From: Ignavibacteriales bacterium
GTDB lineage: Bacteria > Bacteroidota > Ignavibacteria > UBA10030
Direction: 5' to 3'
Assembly: GCA_026390595.1 (NCBI GenBank)
Contig: JAPLFQ010000015.1
Coordinates: 42,024-106,023 of the forward strand
Length of the DNA stretch: 64,000 nt
Shown: positions 39,662 through 49,934 of the stretch, in pieces
Position numbering within the stretch: position 1 is the stretch's first letter
Layout: each line of letters starts with the position of its first letter
Program-made: the position numbers and the translations under genes
Notes under the pieces: model-generated
What the model was told of the DNA's origin: nothing
Seen by the model: the letters and a program-made list of their open reading frames with translations, nothing else
Database searches by the model: none

Positions 39662-40632
39662 TGACCTTTTCCTTGCGAACATGCGTGGTACTGTCGGTGG
39701 TTCTCGCCATCACCGCAGGCTGCAACAGCCCCTTCAGCCCGAAAGGAAACTACGAGGACCGGCTGGTTGTCTACGGTGTCCTGACGAACCGGTCGGATAC
39801 GCAGTATGTGCGTGTGTATTCGACATACAATCCGCCCGGTGTGGATCCCGCGGCGCAAACCAGCGACAACGGTCTCTCGGGAGCAGGTGTTGTCGTCACG
39901 AGCGGAGCCGGTGCATTCCAGTTCCGCGAGAACACCACACCGCGACTGGACAAGAGCCGCTACAGCGATGATATCATTGCGTACGCTTCATACCCGTTTC
40001 CGATTGAGCCGGGCAAAACGTACGGTCTGAGCGTCACCACAAAGACTTCAGGTGCGGTCACGGCGACCGTCGTCATGCCGAAGCGGGCGAGGATACAGTT
40101 CCTTAACGCATATATTCTGAATGGCGGGGGCAATGAAGATGAGAACATCGTGGTCTTTGGCTGGATCCGTGAGCTGACCTACGGTGTGATGATGCAACTG
40201 CATCTCTTCTACGACGTCCTCGAGGGAAATTCGTGGGTCAGACACCGTGAGGAAATGCCGGCTGTAAGACTGGTTTTCGGTGACGGATCGAAGGCCTACA
40301 ACTTCCCTGTCCTGAGACGAAGGGTGACCTCCGGATTGATCAGGGACAAGGAAGAGAGCGAGATGTTCGTTTTCAGCAAGAATGCGTATTTCGAGAAAGT
40401 GGGAGAAATCCTGACACGTTATCCGGCAGGCACAGTTCACATCAAACAGGCCCTCATCGTCCTCACGCAAGTCGACAAGGACTTGTATGCGTATTCGAAG
40501 CGCGTCAACGGCTTCGAAGATCCCTACTCGATTCGCACCGATCTTCCTGACCATACCAATATCTCGGGAGGGCACGGGATTTTTGGAGCGATGGTCGACG
40601 ATTCGGCCTTTGTCGAAATCACGGCATGGTGA
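39661..40632 (+). CDS. DUF4249-like lipoprotein (receptor-associated)
   Basis: Lipobox ITAGC. Overlaps the TonB-dependent-receptor stop by 1 nt. Family is typically found immediately downstream of CarboxypepD_reg TonB-dependent receptors. Confidence 0.6.
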   Translation: MTFSLRTCVVLSVVLAITAGCNSPFSPKGNYEDRLVVYGVLTNRSDTQYVRVYSTYNPPGVDPAAQTSDNGLSGAGVVVTSGAGAFQFRENTTPRLDKSRYSDDIIAYASYPFPIEPGKTYGLSVTTKTSGAVTATVVMPKRARIQFLNAYILNGGGNEDENIVVFGWIRELTYGVMMQLHLFYDVLEGNSWVRHREEMPAVRLVFGDGSKAYNFPVLRRRVTSGLIRDKEESEMFVFSKNAYFEKVGEILTRYPAGTVHIKQALIVLTQVDKDLYAYSKRVNGFEDPYSIRTDLPDHTNISGGHGIFGAMVDDSAFVEITAW

Positions 40633-40856
40633 ACATTCTAGAAGCCATCTCAAAAAGCCGACAGCGTCATCGCGAGGCGTTTCCTGCCGAAGCGATCTTT
40701 CTTTTGCCTCGGCATACGTTGGTGAGATTGCTTCGCTCGCCCCTGCGGGGCATCGCTCGCAATGACTTTAGGGTTTTGAGATAACCACTACCCAGATTGA
40801 AAGCACGAGATCTTGCTGCTATGCGATACAGAATCACAAAATGCCGAATGCGTTTG

Positions 40857-41804
40857 ATGCCGCAATATTCTCGTGTGTGGGGTCTCCTGCTGGTGTTGGC
40901 GGCGATCGCTATGTCCGGATGCGATGAGACCTTCGAACCGAAAGGATCATATCGGCAAGGGTTGGTGGTGTACTCCGTGATTTCCAACAGGACTGACAGT
41001 CTCTTCGTGCGGGTTTATTCGACGTACAATCCGCCGGGACACAACCCGCTCGAGAATACGGTCGATACCGAACTCAAAGGTGCCCGCGTGACGGTCGCTT
41101 CAGATTCGACCTCATATCTGCTCACAGAAACTGTCATCCCTCGCACCGACAAGAACCGGTACTCTTCAAATATTGACGGGTATCTCGCCCAGCCTTTTCC
41201 GTATCGGCCCGGCAAGCGATACACGTTGACGATTGCCTCCTCAGCGGGGAATGTTTCGTCGACCGTGACGGTACCGGGGGCCGGTCTTGTTGAACAGAAC
41301 AATTCATTTATTCTGAAGGCACCTGAAAAGTACAGCGACGACATTTCCGCCAGGGTGAGGCTGTCGCCGGTCACTCAGGGATACCTTGTGCGGATCTTCA
41401 TCGAATTCGACGCCGTTGTGGCCTCGAAGAAGGTCCATGTCCGTGCTGAGATTCCAAAAGCAATTCGGTCCGACGTCGAGGTGGGCTTTGTCTATGATTA
41501 TCCCCGGCTGGTCAGAAGAATAACAGATCAGGTTGTCGTCTCCGAAATCGTCTACTTCGATCTCACAGCCTACGAGGCTTTCTTGCTCGACCAGGTGGCC
41601 TACTACGGAGAGATAAAAGTCACCAGCGCGACGTACATCCTGACTCAGGTTGAATCCAATCTCTACAAATACTACAACCTCTCGAACGGGTTCCTTGATG
41701 AGTATTCCATCAGGACCGATCTCCCGGACTATTCAAACATCGCTGGTGGTTTCGGCATCTTCGGCGCGATGCGGGATGACTCAGTGGTTGTCGATCTCCG
41801 TTGA
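40857..41804 (+). CDS. DUF4249-like lipoprotein, tandem paralog
   Basis: About 40% identical to the upstream gene (shared LVVY.V..NR.D...VRVYSTYNPPG and YSIRTDLPD..NI.GG.GIFGAM blocks). Lipobox AMSGC. The ORF is open from 40797; 40857 gives a standard lipoprotein signal. Confidence 0.6.
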   Translation: MPQYSRVWGLLLVLAAIAMSGCDETFEPKGSYRQGLVVYSVISNRTDSLFVRVYSTYNPPGHNPLENTVDTELKGARVTVASDSTSYLLTETVIPRTDKNRYSSNIDGYLAQPFPYRPGKRYTLTIASSAGNVSSTVTVPGAGLVEQNNSFILKAPEKYSDDISARVRLSPVTQGYLVRIFIEFDAVVASKKVHVRAEIPKAIRSDVEVGFVYDYPRLVRRITDQVVVSEIVYFDLTAYEAFLLDQVAYYGEIKVTSATYILTQVESNLYKYYNLSNGFLDEYSIRTDLPDYSNIAGGFGIFGAMRDDSVVVDLR

Positions 41805-41880
41805 GTCTGAAGAGTCGTCCGTTCTCTCCGTCAGCTTGCTAATCCCTCGAAAAAATGGTACGTTCAGCGAAAATTTCTGA

Positions 41881-42747
41881 ATGAATCTCTTCTCTTCTTT
41901 GTTCGGATCCGGGAATCTTTCGCCTGAATGGTCCTACACCGCCAGCGGCATCGTCTGGCGCTTGCTGTTCACGGCGCGTGGAAGGATCGTCGGTGAATCC
42001 CGCGATCAGGAAAAGAAAACGGCTTCGTTCTTCTGTCTCGACGAGGAGTCGGGCAGGTGCTTGTGGCAGGACCTCCGGGTTGATGAGGCGTGGTGGGTTG
42101 GCATGGAGGGGGTTCAGGAGGATACGCTTCTGCTCCATGGATTCTCGAGCCCGGATATGCCTGAACACCGTGGTATCCGTGCGTACGACGTGGAAACCGG
42201 GAACCTTCTCTGGCGGAATGACGAGGCGACGTGCTGGTTTGGGACAGGTGCCCGGCTGTTCGCATATAGAGATCTCTTCGAGAGGCGGGTGGGATACGAA
42301 ATCGATCTCCGGTCCGGGGAAGTGAAGACGACGTATGATCAGTCTCTCCAGGAACTCCACGAAATCCGGCGCAGGGCAGCGGCCGATTATGTTCCCGAGG
42401 TAACGCTCCCGGAAATTCTGAATGAAGAGTCCGCAGAGCCTTCCACAGTGGCTTTTGTGAAACGCGTGACGAAAGGGAAGGACGTTGCGGGCAATATCGA
42501 GTTCATCCAGCAGGACGACGTGATTGCATTCAATTACCACGTTCGTGCTCAGGCAGCGAAGACACAACCCCCGGTCTTTGAAAACCATCTGTTCGTCTAC
42601 GAGTTATCCAGGGACAAGAGAGTGTTTTCGGAGATCATCGGCCGTGCCTTGAAGGCTCAGGTTCCGGATGCGTTTTTTCTCCGCAAGGGAAAATTGTTCT
42701 ACATCAAGGATCAGACGACTCTCAAAGCGTTGCGTGTATGGAAATAG
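41881..42747 (+). CDS. hypothetical protein (beta-propeller-like repeats)
   Basis: 288 aa; repeated G..LW blades (CLDEESGRCLWQD, YDVETGNLLWRN). No confident family assignment. Confidence 0.5.
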   Translation: MNLFSSLFGSGNLSPEWSYTASGIVWRLLFTARGRIVGESRDQEKKTASFFCLDEESGRCLWQDLRVDEAWWVGMEGVQEDTLLLHGFSSPDMPEHRGIRAYDVETGNLLWRNDEATCWFGTGARLFAYRDLFERRVGYEIDLRSGEVKTTYDQSLQELHEIRRRAAADYVPEVTLPEILNEESAEPSTVAFVKRVTKGKDVAGNIEFIQQDDVIAFNYHVRAQAAKTQPPVFENHLFVYELSRDKRVFSEIIGRALKAQVPDAFFLRKGKLFYIKDQTTLKALRVWK

Positions 42748-43157
42748 TCAGCAACCGCATCTCGGTGTCGACGCGCGGCAACTCGGAAGTTCGCGATATC
42801 ACAGTAGATGTCGCCGCCGTGCTCGCCAGTTCGGGACTCAAAGAAGGCCTTGTGACGGTGTTTGTCACCGGGTCAACGGCATCGATCACGACGACAGAGT
42901 TCGAACCGGGTCTTCGGAAAGACATACCCGAAGCGCTGGACCAGCTCGCCCCGCGTGGAAGCCGGTATCACCATGACGACACGTGGCACGATGGAAACGG
43001 ATTCTCTCACGTGCGTGCTGCAGTGATGGGTCCGTCTCTGACAATTCCATTTTCACAAGGAGTCTTGTGTTTGGGTACATGGCAGCAAATCGTCCTCGTA
43101 GATCACGATAACCGTCCTCGCGACCGCGAGATCGTAGTCCAGCTTATGGGAATGTGA
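42738..43157 (+). CDS. yjbQ: YjbQ/UPF0047 family (secondary thiamine-phosphate synthase-like) protein
   Basis: VTVFVTGSTASITTTEFEPGL...HVRAAVMGPSLTIPF...QQIVLVDHD is the YjbQ signature. Overlaps the upstream gene by 10 nt. Confidence 0.8.
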   Translation: MEIVSNRISVSTRGNSEVRDITVDVAAVLASSGLKEGLVTVFVTGSTASITTTEFEPGLRKDIPEALDQLAPRGSRYHHDDTWHDGNGFSHVRAAVMGPSLTIPFSQGVLCLGTWQQIVLVDHDNRPRDREIVVQLMGM

Positions 43158-43203
43158 CGGACATTCCGACGCTTTCCAGACCGGGGAAAAAGGGGAGCAC
43201 ACG

Positions 43204-44127
43204 ATGAAACCATACAAGATAAAGCATGTCGACGCGTTCACGACTGAGCCGTTTACAGGAAACCCGGCCGGAGTTGTACTCGATGCCCGCGGGATGACCG
43301 ATGCTCTGATGCAAGAAATAGGAACCGAATTGAACCTGTCGGAAACGGCGTTTGTGCTTCCTCCGACGGCCAGGGGAGCTGATATTCAGATTCGATGGTT
43401 CACACCGGCGGCGGAGGTGCCGCTCTGCGGCCATGCAACGATCGCGAGTTTTCACGCGCTGGCGGAAGAAGGTATGTACGGAATGAAGCGTCCGGGTGTG
43501 TACAATTTCCGGCTGCAGACTAAAAGCGGCGTTCTTGGCGTCACTGTGGAGAAGAAATATTCTGGAACCATTGTGGAGTTCCAGCTTCCGATCCCGCGAT
43601 TCCGGGTGCACAAAACCGTCCCCGCGTCCCTCCTCGATGCGCTCGGCATACGGGCTTCTGATGTGCTGGAGGATCTCCCGTTTGTTTCTCAATCGTACCT
43701 CTATCTCCCGCTCAAGAAGCTTTCGACTATCAGGAACTTGAAGCCGGATATGGGCAAGCTCGACAGGTTCACCAGAGCATGCAAGACACTCGGGATAAGT
43801 CTGTTCTCCCTGGAGACTGTTGAGCAAAGTTCGGCGGTTCACTCACGTTTCTATGCCCCCGCTGTCGGGATTGTCGAAGATCCGGTGACAGGATCTGCCA
43901 ACGGTCCTCTCGGTGTCTATTTGTACCACTATGCTATTCGCCGGGACTACCCTGTGCCGTCGTTCTTGCTTCCGGACGGGCGTATGGAGTTTGTCGGAGA
44001 ACAAGGAGACGATATGGGGCGACGGGGAAGGGTGAAGATACGGTTGAGAGTAACGGGCCATGGTGTCAAGCAGGTGAGCATCGCCGGAGAGGCCGTGACG
44101 ATCATGAACTCTGTCTGTGCTTGCTGA
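43204..44127 (+). CDS. phzF: PhzF-family isomerase
   Basis: VDAFTTEPFTGNPAGVV, SETAFVLP, CGHATIASFHAL and DPVTGSANGPLGVYL blocks. Confidence 0.85.
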   Translation: MKPYKIKHVDAFTTEPFTGNPAGVVLDARGMTDALMQEIGTELNLSETAFVLPPTARGADIQIRWFTPAAEVPLCGHATIASFHALAEEGMYGMKRPGVYNFRLQTKSGVLGVTVEKKYSGTIVEFQLPIPRFRVHKTVPASLLDALGIRASDVLEDLPFVSQSYLYLPLKKLSTIRNLKPDMGKLDRFTRACKTLGISLFSLETVEQSSAVHSRFYAPAVGIVEDPVTGSANGPLGVYLYHYAIRRDYPVPSFLLPDGRMEFVGEQGDDMGRRGRVKIRLRVTGHGVKQVSIAGEAVTIMNSVCAC

Positions 44128-44134
44128 AAGGTGA

Positions 44135-46153
44135 ATGTCCATGACGACGAAGAACATTCTCTTCCTCCTTGTTCTCCTTGCCGCCCTTTCGGTCTTCGCC
44201 ATGAGTGTGCGGCGCCTGATGAGGTACCTGAAACTGGGGCAGCCGGACAACAGGTTTGATTCTCCCGGCTCGAGGTTCAGGAGAATGCTCACGGTTGCGA
44301 TTGGACAAACGAAGATTCTCCGTGAACCGTTCGCCGGCGCGATGCACGCATTCATATTCTGGGGTTTCCTTGTGCTGCTGACCGCCGTGCTCGAGTCGAT
44401 CGGCGAAGGCATTGTGCACGGGTTTTCATTCCGGTTCCTGGGCGGACTCTACCCGCCGTTGATTTTCATGCAGGACCTCTTCTGCGGTCTCGTCATTCTT
44501 GCGGTGTTCGCTGCATTCTATCGCCGGGCGATCATGCGGCCGAAGCGACTGCAGCTTGCAGGCCACAGCCAATCTGACGCAGTCTTCATCCTTTCTATGA
44601 TCCTGTTGATCATGATCAGCATGATCGGCCAGAATGCCACGCGGATAGTGCTCGAGGGTTCGCAGTCCTCGCAGGGGAGGCTCTTGTCCGGAATGATTGC
44701 CCCCTTGTTCGCATCTGTCGATCCCTCAGCATTGCAGGCCTGGTTCGACGTTTTCTGGTGGATCCATATTGGAGTGGTCCTTGTCTTCCTTAATTACCTT
44801 CCCCGCTCAAAACACCTTCACGTTCTCACGTCGATCCCCAATGTCTATTTCTCCGGACTGAGGCCGCGCGGAGCCCTCAAACCGATCAATCTTGAAGCGG
44901 AAAATGTCGAGAAGTTCGGTGCAGCGGATGTCGAGGATCTGACGTGGAAGCAGCTTCTGGACGGCTACACCTGTACGGAATGCGGGCGCTGCAGCGCGTC
45001 CTGTCCGGCGAACATCACGGGGAAACTTCTCTCGCCGCGCAAGATCATCATGGATATCCGGCAGCGATTGGAGGAAAAAGCTCCCCTGGTGCTCGCGGGC
45101 CAGAAAGCTCCCGAGACATCAGACGGCGGCACCAAACACCCGCTGCAAAAAACGCTGCTTCACGACTATGTTACCGCCGAGGAGTTGTTCGCATGCACAA
45201 CGTGTATGGCTTGTGTGCAGGAATGCCCCGTCAATATCGAGCACGTCGACGCGATCGTGGACATGAGGCGAAGCCTCGTTCTCATGGAATCGAATTTCCC
45301 GCCGGAGGTTCAGGTCGTGTTCCGGAACCTCGAGAACAATTTTTCGCCCTGGGCTTTTCCTCCATCCAGTCGGGCCGATTGGGCCGAAGGATTGAACGTT
45401 CACACGGTTCAGCAGAATCCGAATGCAGAAGTCTTGTTCTGGGTGGGATGTGCCGGCGCGTTTGACAGCCGGTACGTCAAAGTGACGCAGGCGTTTGCGA
45501 AGCTCATGCAGCAGGCGGGTGTGTCCTTCGCTATCCTGGGTGTTGAGGAGAAGTGCACAGGAGATTCCGCCCGTCGAATGGGAAACGAATACCTTGCCCA
45601 AGTTTTGATGAAAGAAAACATCGCGACGCTCAACAACTACAATGTGAAATCCATTGTCACCGCCTGCCCTCACTGCTTCAACACACTCCGCAACGAATAT
45701 CCGCAGTTCGGCGGCAACTACAAAGTCCTGCATCACACTGATTTTATCGTGCAGCTGTTGAATGCGGGGAAGCTAAAGCTGACGAAGGAAGAAGCCGCCA
45801 GAATCACATACCATGACTCGTGCTATCTCGGCCGGTACAATGACGTCTATGACCAGCCGCGCGAAATTCTTCGCGCTGTGCCCGGCGTCGAGATTGCTGA
45901 AATGGCCCGGTCGCGCAGCAAAGGCCTCTGCTGTGGAGCCGGAGGGGGTAGGATGTGGATGGAGGAGAAGGAAGGAAAGCGTGTCAACATCGAGCGGACG
46001 GAGGAGGCTCTCTCCACGAATTCCGGCATCATCGCAACAGCGTGTCCTTTCTGCATGACGATGCTGACGGATGGTGTGAAGGCGAAAGAGGCTACCGACC
46101 AAGTCGTGGTGAAGGATGTGGCTGAAATCCTCCTTGAAGCGACTCAGGTTTAG
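44135..46153 (+). CDS. membrane-anchored (Fe-S) oxidoreductase, HdrD/DsrMK-like fusion (heme-b TM domain + 2x[4Fe-4S] + two CCG domains)
   Basis: N-terminal 5-6 TM domain with conserved His residues; [12 protein letters not shown] and [12 protein letters not shown] ferredoxin motifs; two Cys-rich CCG-type domains (...CPHCFNTL..., ...[11 protein letters not shown]...). Confidence 0.75.
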   Translation: MSMTTKNILFLLVLLAALSVFAMSVRRLMRYLKLGQPDNRFDSPGSRFRRMLTVAIGQTKILREPFAGAMHAFIFWGFLVLLTAVLESIGEGIVHGFSFRFLGGLYPPLIFMQDLFCGLVILAVFAAFYRRAIMRPKRLQLAGHSQSDAVFILSMILLIMISMIGQNATRIVLEGSQSSQGRLLSGMIAPLFASVDPSALQAWFDVFWWIHIGVVLVFLNYLPRSKHLHVLTSIPNVYFSGLRPRGALKPINLEAENVEKFGAADVEDLTWKQLLDGYTCTECGRCSASCPANITGKLLSPRKIIMDIRQRLEEKAPLVLAGQKAPETSDGGTKHPLQKTLLHDYVTAEELFACTTCMACVQECPVNIEHVDAIVDMRRSLVLMESNFPPEVQVVFRNLENNFSPWAFPPSSRADWAEGLNVHTVQQNPNAEVLFWVGCAGAFDSRYVKVTQAFAKLMQQAGVSFAILGVEEKCTGDSARRMGNEYLAQVLMKENIATLNNYNVKSIVTACPHCFNTLRNEYPQFGGNYKVLHHTDFIVQLLNAGKLKLTKEEAARITYHDSCYLGRYNDVYDQPREILRAVPGVEIAEMARSRSKGLCCGAGGGRMWMEEKEGKRVNIERTEEALSTNSGIIATACPFCMTMLTDGVKAKEATDQVVVKDVAEILLEATQV

Positions 46154-46190
46154 CGGGTTGTCAGATGGAACCCAATCTTCTGAAGGGCAA

Positions 46191-47060
46191 ATGACGAACA
46201 TGACTAACCTCGGAAAGACTATTCAAATCTACCTTCCGGATGGAAATCCGCGCGGATTGAAGTTGGCTGAAATTACCAGCCGAACGATCCAAATTGTCCT
46301 TGTGCCGCGTGCCCATCTCGCTATCGCAAGCGAGAGGCCCGAATTGTCAAACGTTGGGATCTATTTTCTTGTTGGCCCACCTGATCAAGAAGGCATTCCA
46401 CAAGTTTATGTTGGCGAAGCGGAAGACTGTCTTCAAAGGATAAAGCAACACAACAAGCAGAAGGACTTCTGGCAAACCGCCCTTGTTTGCATCTCCCGCA
46501 CACAGTACTTCACGAAATCTCATGTTAAGTATCTTGAATGGCATTCTCACCAGACCATCTCAGCAGCGGGACGTTTCCGCCTCGAAAACCCCACCGTTCC
46601 GACATGCCCATATGTCTCTGAAACGATGAAGGCGGATCTCCACGACAATTTTGATACAATTCACATACTTCTTTCTGCGCTTGGCTTTCCCCTGTTCGAC
46701 GAGTTACAGAAGCCCTCGAAAAAGGATCTACTATACTGCCGCGGAAAGGACGCTGAAGCTGCAGGTGAATATTCGGGGGACGGGTTTGTCGTGTTTGAAG
46801 GCTCAACTGCCAATTTGGAAGAGTCAAATTCAGCAAAGGCCTCCTGGGTTGAGCACCTCCGACAATCTCTTATACAATCCGGTTGTATGGTAGCAGAAGA
46901 AAATATCTACCGCTTTTCGAGAAATTATGTGTTTTCTTCGCCCAGTGCCGCAGCTGTGAGTATCCTCGGCCGATATGCAAATGGTTGGACTGAATGGAAA
47001 TATGCCGACGGAAGAACATTGGACGAAGTCAAGAGACGAAGTGACGAGCCAATGACATAG
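46191..47060 (+). CDS. GIY-YIG nuclease domain protein with C-terminal DUF4357
   Basis: GIYFLVGPPDQEGIPQVYVGEAEDCLQRIKQH contains GIY...YVG plus the catalytic R/E pattern; C-terminal region typical of the DUF4357 extension. Lower GC than the flanks. Confidence 0.7.
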   Translation: MTNMTNLGKTIQIYLPDGNPRGLKLAEITSRTIQIVLVPRAHLAIASERPELSNVGIYFLVGPPDQEGIPQVYVGEAEDCLQRIKQHNKQKDFWQTALVCISRTQYFTKSHVKYLEWHSHQTISAAGRFRLENPTVPTCPYVSETMKADLHDNFDTIHILLSALGFPLFDELQKPSKKDLLYCRGKDAEAAGEYSGDGFVVFEGSTANLEESNSAKASWVEHLRQSLIQSGCMVAEENIYRFSRNYVFSSPSAAAVSILGRYANGWTEWKYADGRTLDEVKRRSDEPMT

Positions 47061-47247
47061 CCTTGTCGTAACCGTGGGTTGTGCAGCACAGAAAGGCACA
47101 AAACCACGGTGGCCGTAGCTTAGCATTCGCGAACTCAAGCCCGAAGTTCGTATGGATGGTAAAGCTGAATATGACTCTAGCCTACAGCCTCGCGAGAAGA
47201 TTTCAGTTGACTTTTCTAAGTGACATTATCCAATCCGATATCCTGAT

Positions 47248-49566
47248 ATGACGACTCGGCTTCACCATTCTTTTCTTTTGTTGTTCTTGATTGTCAACAC
47301 TTCCTCATCCCAGGTCGTGACGATCTCCGGGACTGTCCGCGACGGAATGACGCAAACGTCCCTTCCTTCCGCGAATGTACGTGTTGTGGGAACTTCGAAG
47401 GGGACGGTCTCGAACGCCGTGGGAGTCTACAGGCTCTCCCTCGAACAGGGCGACTATACGATCATTACCAGTTTCATTGGCTATCACTCAGACACGCTGA
47501 GGGTTTCGCTCGATCGCTCGATCGAATACAATCCGCGCCTGCAGCCGACGGCCATTGAGATGGCAGAAGTGGTGATCACGAGTGAAGATCCCGCGATGGC
47601 GATCATGCGCAAGGTCATCGAGTACAAGAAGCGGTGGTCTGAGACGCTGAAGTCATACGAGTTCGACGCCTTCACGCGGATGGCCATGCGGAGGGAGACC
47701 AGTATCGCGATGATCATGGAATCCTATACGACCGGTTACTGGCAGAAAGGGGACACGCTCAGGGAGGTGGTGAAGCAGAAACGCCGGACAGAGAACATTC
47801 CAGGATTCGGCAATCTCGCCGTCGGAGGTTCTGTGGTCAATTTCTATGATGACGACGTCTTCTTTGTCGGATACAGGTTTGTAGGTCCCACGTCGCCCGA
47901 GGCGTTTGATTACTACGATTTCAAGCTTGAAAAGACCAGGACCCGCGACGACAAACCCGTCTATACCATCAGGATCAGTCCCAAATCGCACATCGCTCCC
48001 CTGTTCAGAGGCAAGATTGACGTCATCGGCGACACGTACGCTCTTGTCGGAGTCGATATCGCTCCGAACGAAGCGTTCACGATTCCGTTCGTTTCCGGAT
48101 TGGATATCCGCTACTCGCAGCAATTTGGCCTCTACGAAAGCCGGTATTGGATGCCGATGGACATCCGTTTGACGGGGGGATTTGAAATCAGCCTGGCGGG
48201 ATTCTCGTTCCCCAAAATTGTCGTTGAGCAAGCCTCGGTGCTGTATGATTACCGGATCAACAAAGTCCTGGCCGATTCGATATTCAGGATGAAGCGCATC
48301 ACTGAACTGCCGACGGCAAAGACCTTTGATTCGTTGTTCTGGGCCCAGCACGACGTGCTGCCGCTGACGCACGAAGAGCAGCATGCCTACAAGACTCTCG
48401 ACAGCACGCAGACACTTGACAAGCAATTCAAACCATCGGGTCCGCTGGCCGATCTTACGGGGCCGGCATTCGGATTTCTGAGCTATATCAATATCCGCTA
48501 CAACCGCGCTGAGGGACTGTTTCTCGGGGGACAATATTCCCGTGACAGCCTCTTCGTCAGCAGCCTCATGCTCTCCGGCTCGGCGGGCTACGGATTCTCG
48601 GACAAGAAAGCGAAATTCAGTTTTGGTGCTTCGGTATTTCTCGACGCCGCTCGCAGGTGGAAAATTGGGGCTGAAGGGTATGAGGGGATCGCTCATATTC
48701 CGGACGCCGGGTACTATCCGTCTTTCGCTATCGCCCTCGCATCAGTGCTGAATAAGCGGGACTACCGGGACTACTACTACGTTAAAGGCTGGCGTGCGTT
48801 CGCTGAGTCGAAGCCACTCAGGAGACTCTCGCTCGTGCTGGAATGCAAGAACGAGGACGAATCGACCGCATTCAAGACAACCGATTTCAGTCTCTTTCAG
48901 AAGAACGAACCGTTCCGCCCGAATCCGCCTATTCAGGATGGAACCATGCGGAGCCTCGATTTCAGGGTCCGCTATGGAGACGACCCTGTTCCGTTTGGAC
49001 TCGTCGTCACGAATTCCGCTGAAGTGGAATTGGAACACTCCAACCGGGATTTGCTAGCGAGTTCGTTCGACTTCACAAGGGCGGTTTTTCGTGGAGAAGC
49101 GCGGATCAATACCTATTCAGCCCGGTTATTGTTTCCTCCAACCTTGAATCTCAAGCTGTCTGCCGGGATTGAGACGGGGTCCGTCCCTCCGCAGCGGATA
49201 TTCAGCCTCGAGTCGCGCTATGATGGAATTGGCCCCCTGGGTGTCCTCCGCGGAGGGGGAGTGAAGGAGTTCTCCGGCCAACGATTTGTCGCGTTCACGA
49301 TCGAGCACAACTTCCGAAGCACGCCATTTCTCATCCTTAACATCCCTTACCTTTACAGGAACAGCATCGAGGTGACTCTCTACGGGACGGCCGCGAAGAC
49401 GTGGACCTCGGAGGCGCTTCCATTCGGTGTGACAACAAACGGTTGGTACACCGAAGCTGGGATCGGCATCAGCCGTATCCTGACTTTGTTTCGGTTCGAT
49501 TTCACGTACCGCTTCGCTCAGCCACGCGGCCTTTTCGTGTCAGTTGGTGTCGCCCAGCTTATCTAG
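47248..49566 (+). CDS. DUF5686 and carboxypeptidase-regulatory-like domain outer-membrane protein
   Basis: Signal peptide; CarboxypepD_reg (GTVRDGMTQTSLPSANVRVVG...GDYTIITSFIGYHSD); long beta-rich C-terminal region ending in an aromatic-rich barrel-like terminus. Confidence 0.7.
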   Translation: MTTRLHHSFLLLFLIVNTSSSQVVTISGTVRDGMTQTSLPSANVRVVGTSKGTVSNAVGVYRLSLEQGDYTIITSFIGYHSDTLRVSLDRSIEYNPRLQPTAIEMAEVVITSEDPAMAIMRKVIEYKKRWSETLKSYEFDAFTRMAMRRETSIAMIMESYTTGYWQKGDTLREVVKQKRRTENIPGFGNLAVGGSVVNFYDDDVFFVGYRFVGPTSPEAFDYYDFKLEKTRTRDDKPVYTIRISPKSHIAPLFRGKIDVIGDTYALVGVDIAPNEAFTIPFVSGLDIRYSQQFGLYESRYWMPMDIRLTGGFEISLAGFSFPKIVVEQASVLYDYRINKVLADSIFRMKRITELPTAKTFDSLFWAQHDVLPLTHEEQHAYKTLDSTQTLDKQFKPSGPLADLTGPAFGFLSYINIRYNRAEGLFLGGQYSRDSLFVSSLMLSGSAGYGFSDKKAKFSFGASVFLDAARRWKIGAEGYEGIAHIPDAGYYPSFAIALASVLNKRDYRDYYYVKGWRAFAESKPLRRLSLVLECKNEDESTAFKTTDFSLFQKNEPFRPNPPIQDGTMRSLDFRVRYGDDPVPFGLVVTNSAEVELEHSNRDLLASSFDFTRAVFRGEARINTYSARLLFPPTLNLKLSAGIETGSVPPQRIFSLESRYDGIGPLGVLRGGGVKEFSGQRFVAFTIEHNFRSTPFLILNIPYLYRNSIEVTLYGTAAKTWTSEALPFGVTTNGWYTEAGIGISRILTLFRFDFTYRFAQPRGLFVSVGVAQLI

Positions 49567-49934
49567 AGGTCATCTAAAGACACTTCGAAAAAAAGAGAAT
49601 CTCTCGCAAAGCCGCAAATGCAAGTAATTTCAACACAATTTCTTGACTTTGCGTTCTTGGCGACTTTGCGTGAGAATCTTTGAGGCGGGTCCCAGGCAAT
49701 TCCTCTCAGGAACTCCAAATCCTAAGTTCAATTGAGCCGCGGAAGAGGGGTTTAGGCAAACGTTGGTTCAGGATTTCGTGCTTCGTATTCTGACTTCTTG
49801 CATTTCGGATACCTCTTCGCTAAGTTGCGTGCAGTTCCTCTCAACACTCCCAAACCACCTCCTCTGACGTCAGGCCCAACCCTCACAATGGGCCGCGTTG
49901 CTTACTGGATTGTCGGCACTCTTCGGAAGGAAGT

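Noticed and set aside
47090-47150. tRNA-like 5' segment (ggccgtagcttagc...)
   Set aside because: No T-arm (GGTTCGAATCC-type) and no acceptor 3' complement, so it is not a functional tRNA. Kept only as a possible remnant in the GIY-YIG islet finding.
47653-48696. 347-aa minus-strand ORF
   Set aside because: Antisense to the DUF5686 outer-membrane protein gene. The plus-strand frame has signal peptide and CarboxypepD_reg evidence, and this one has none.
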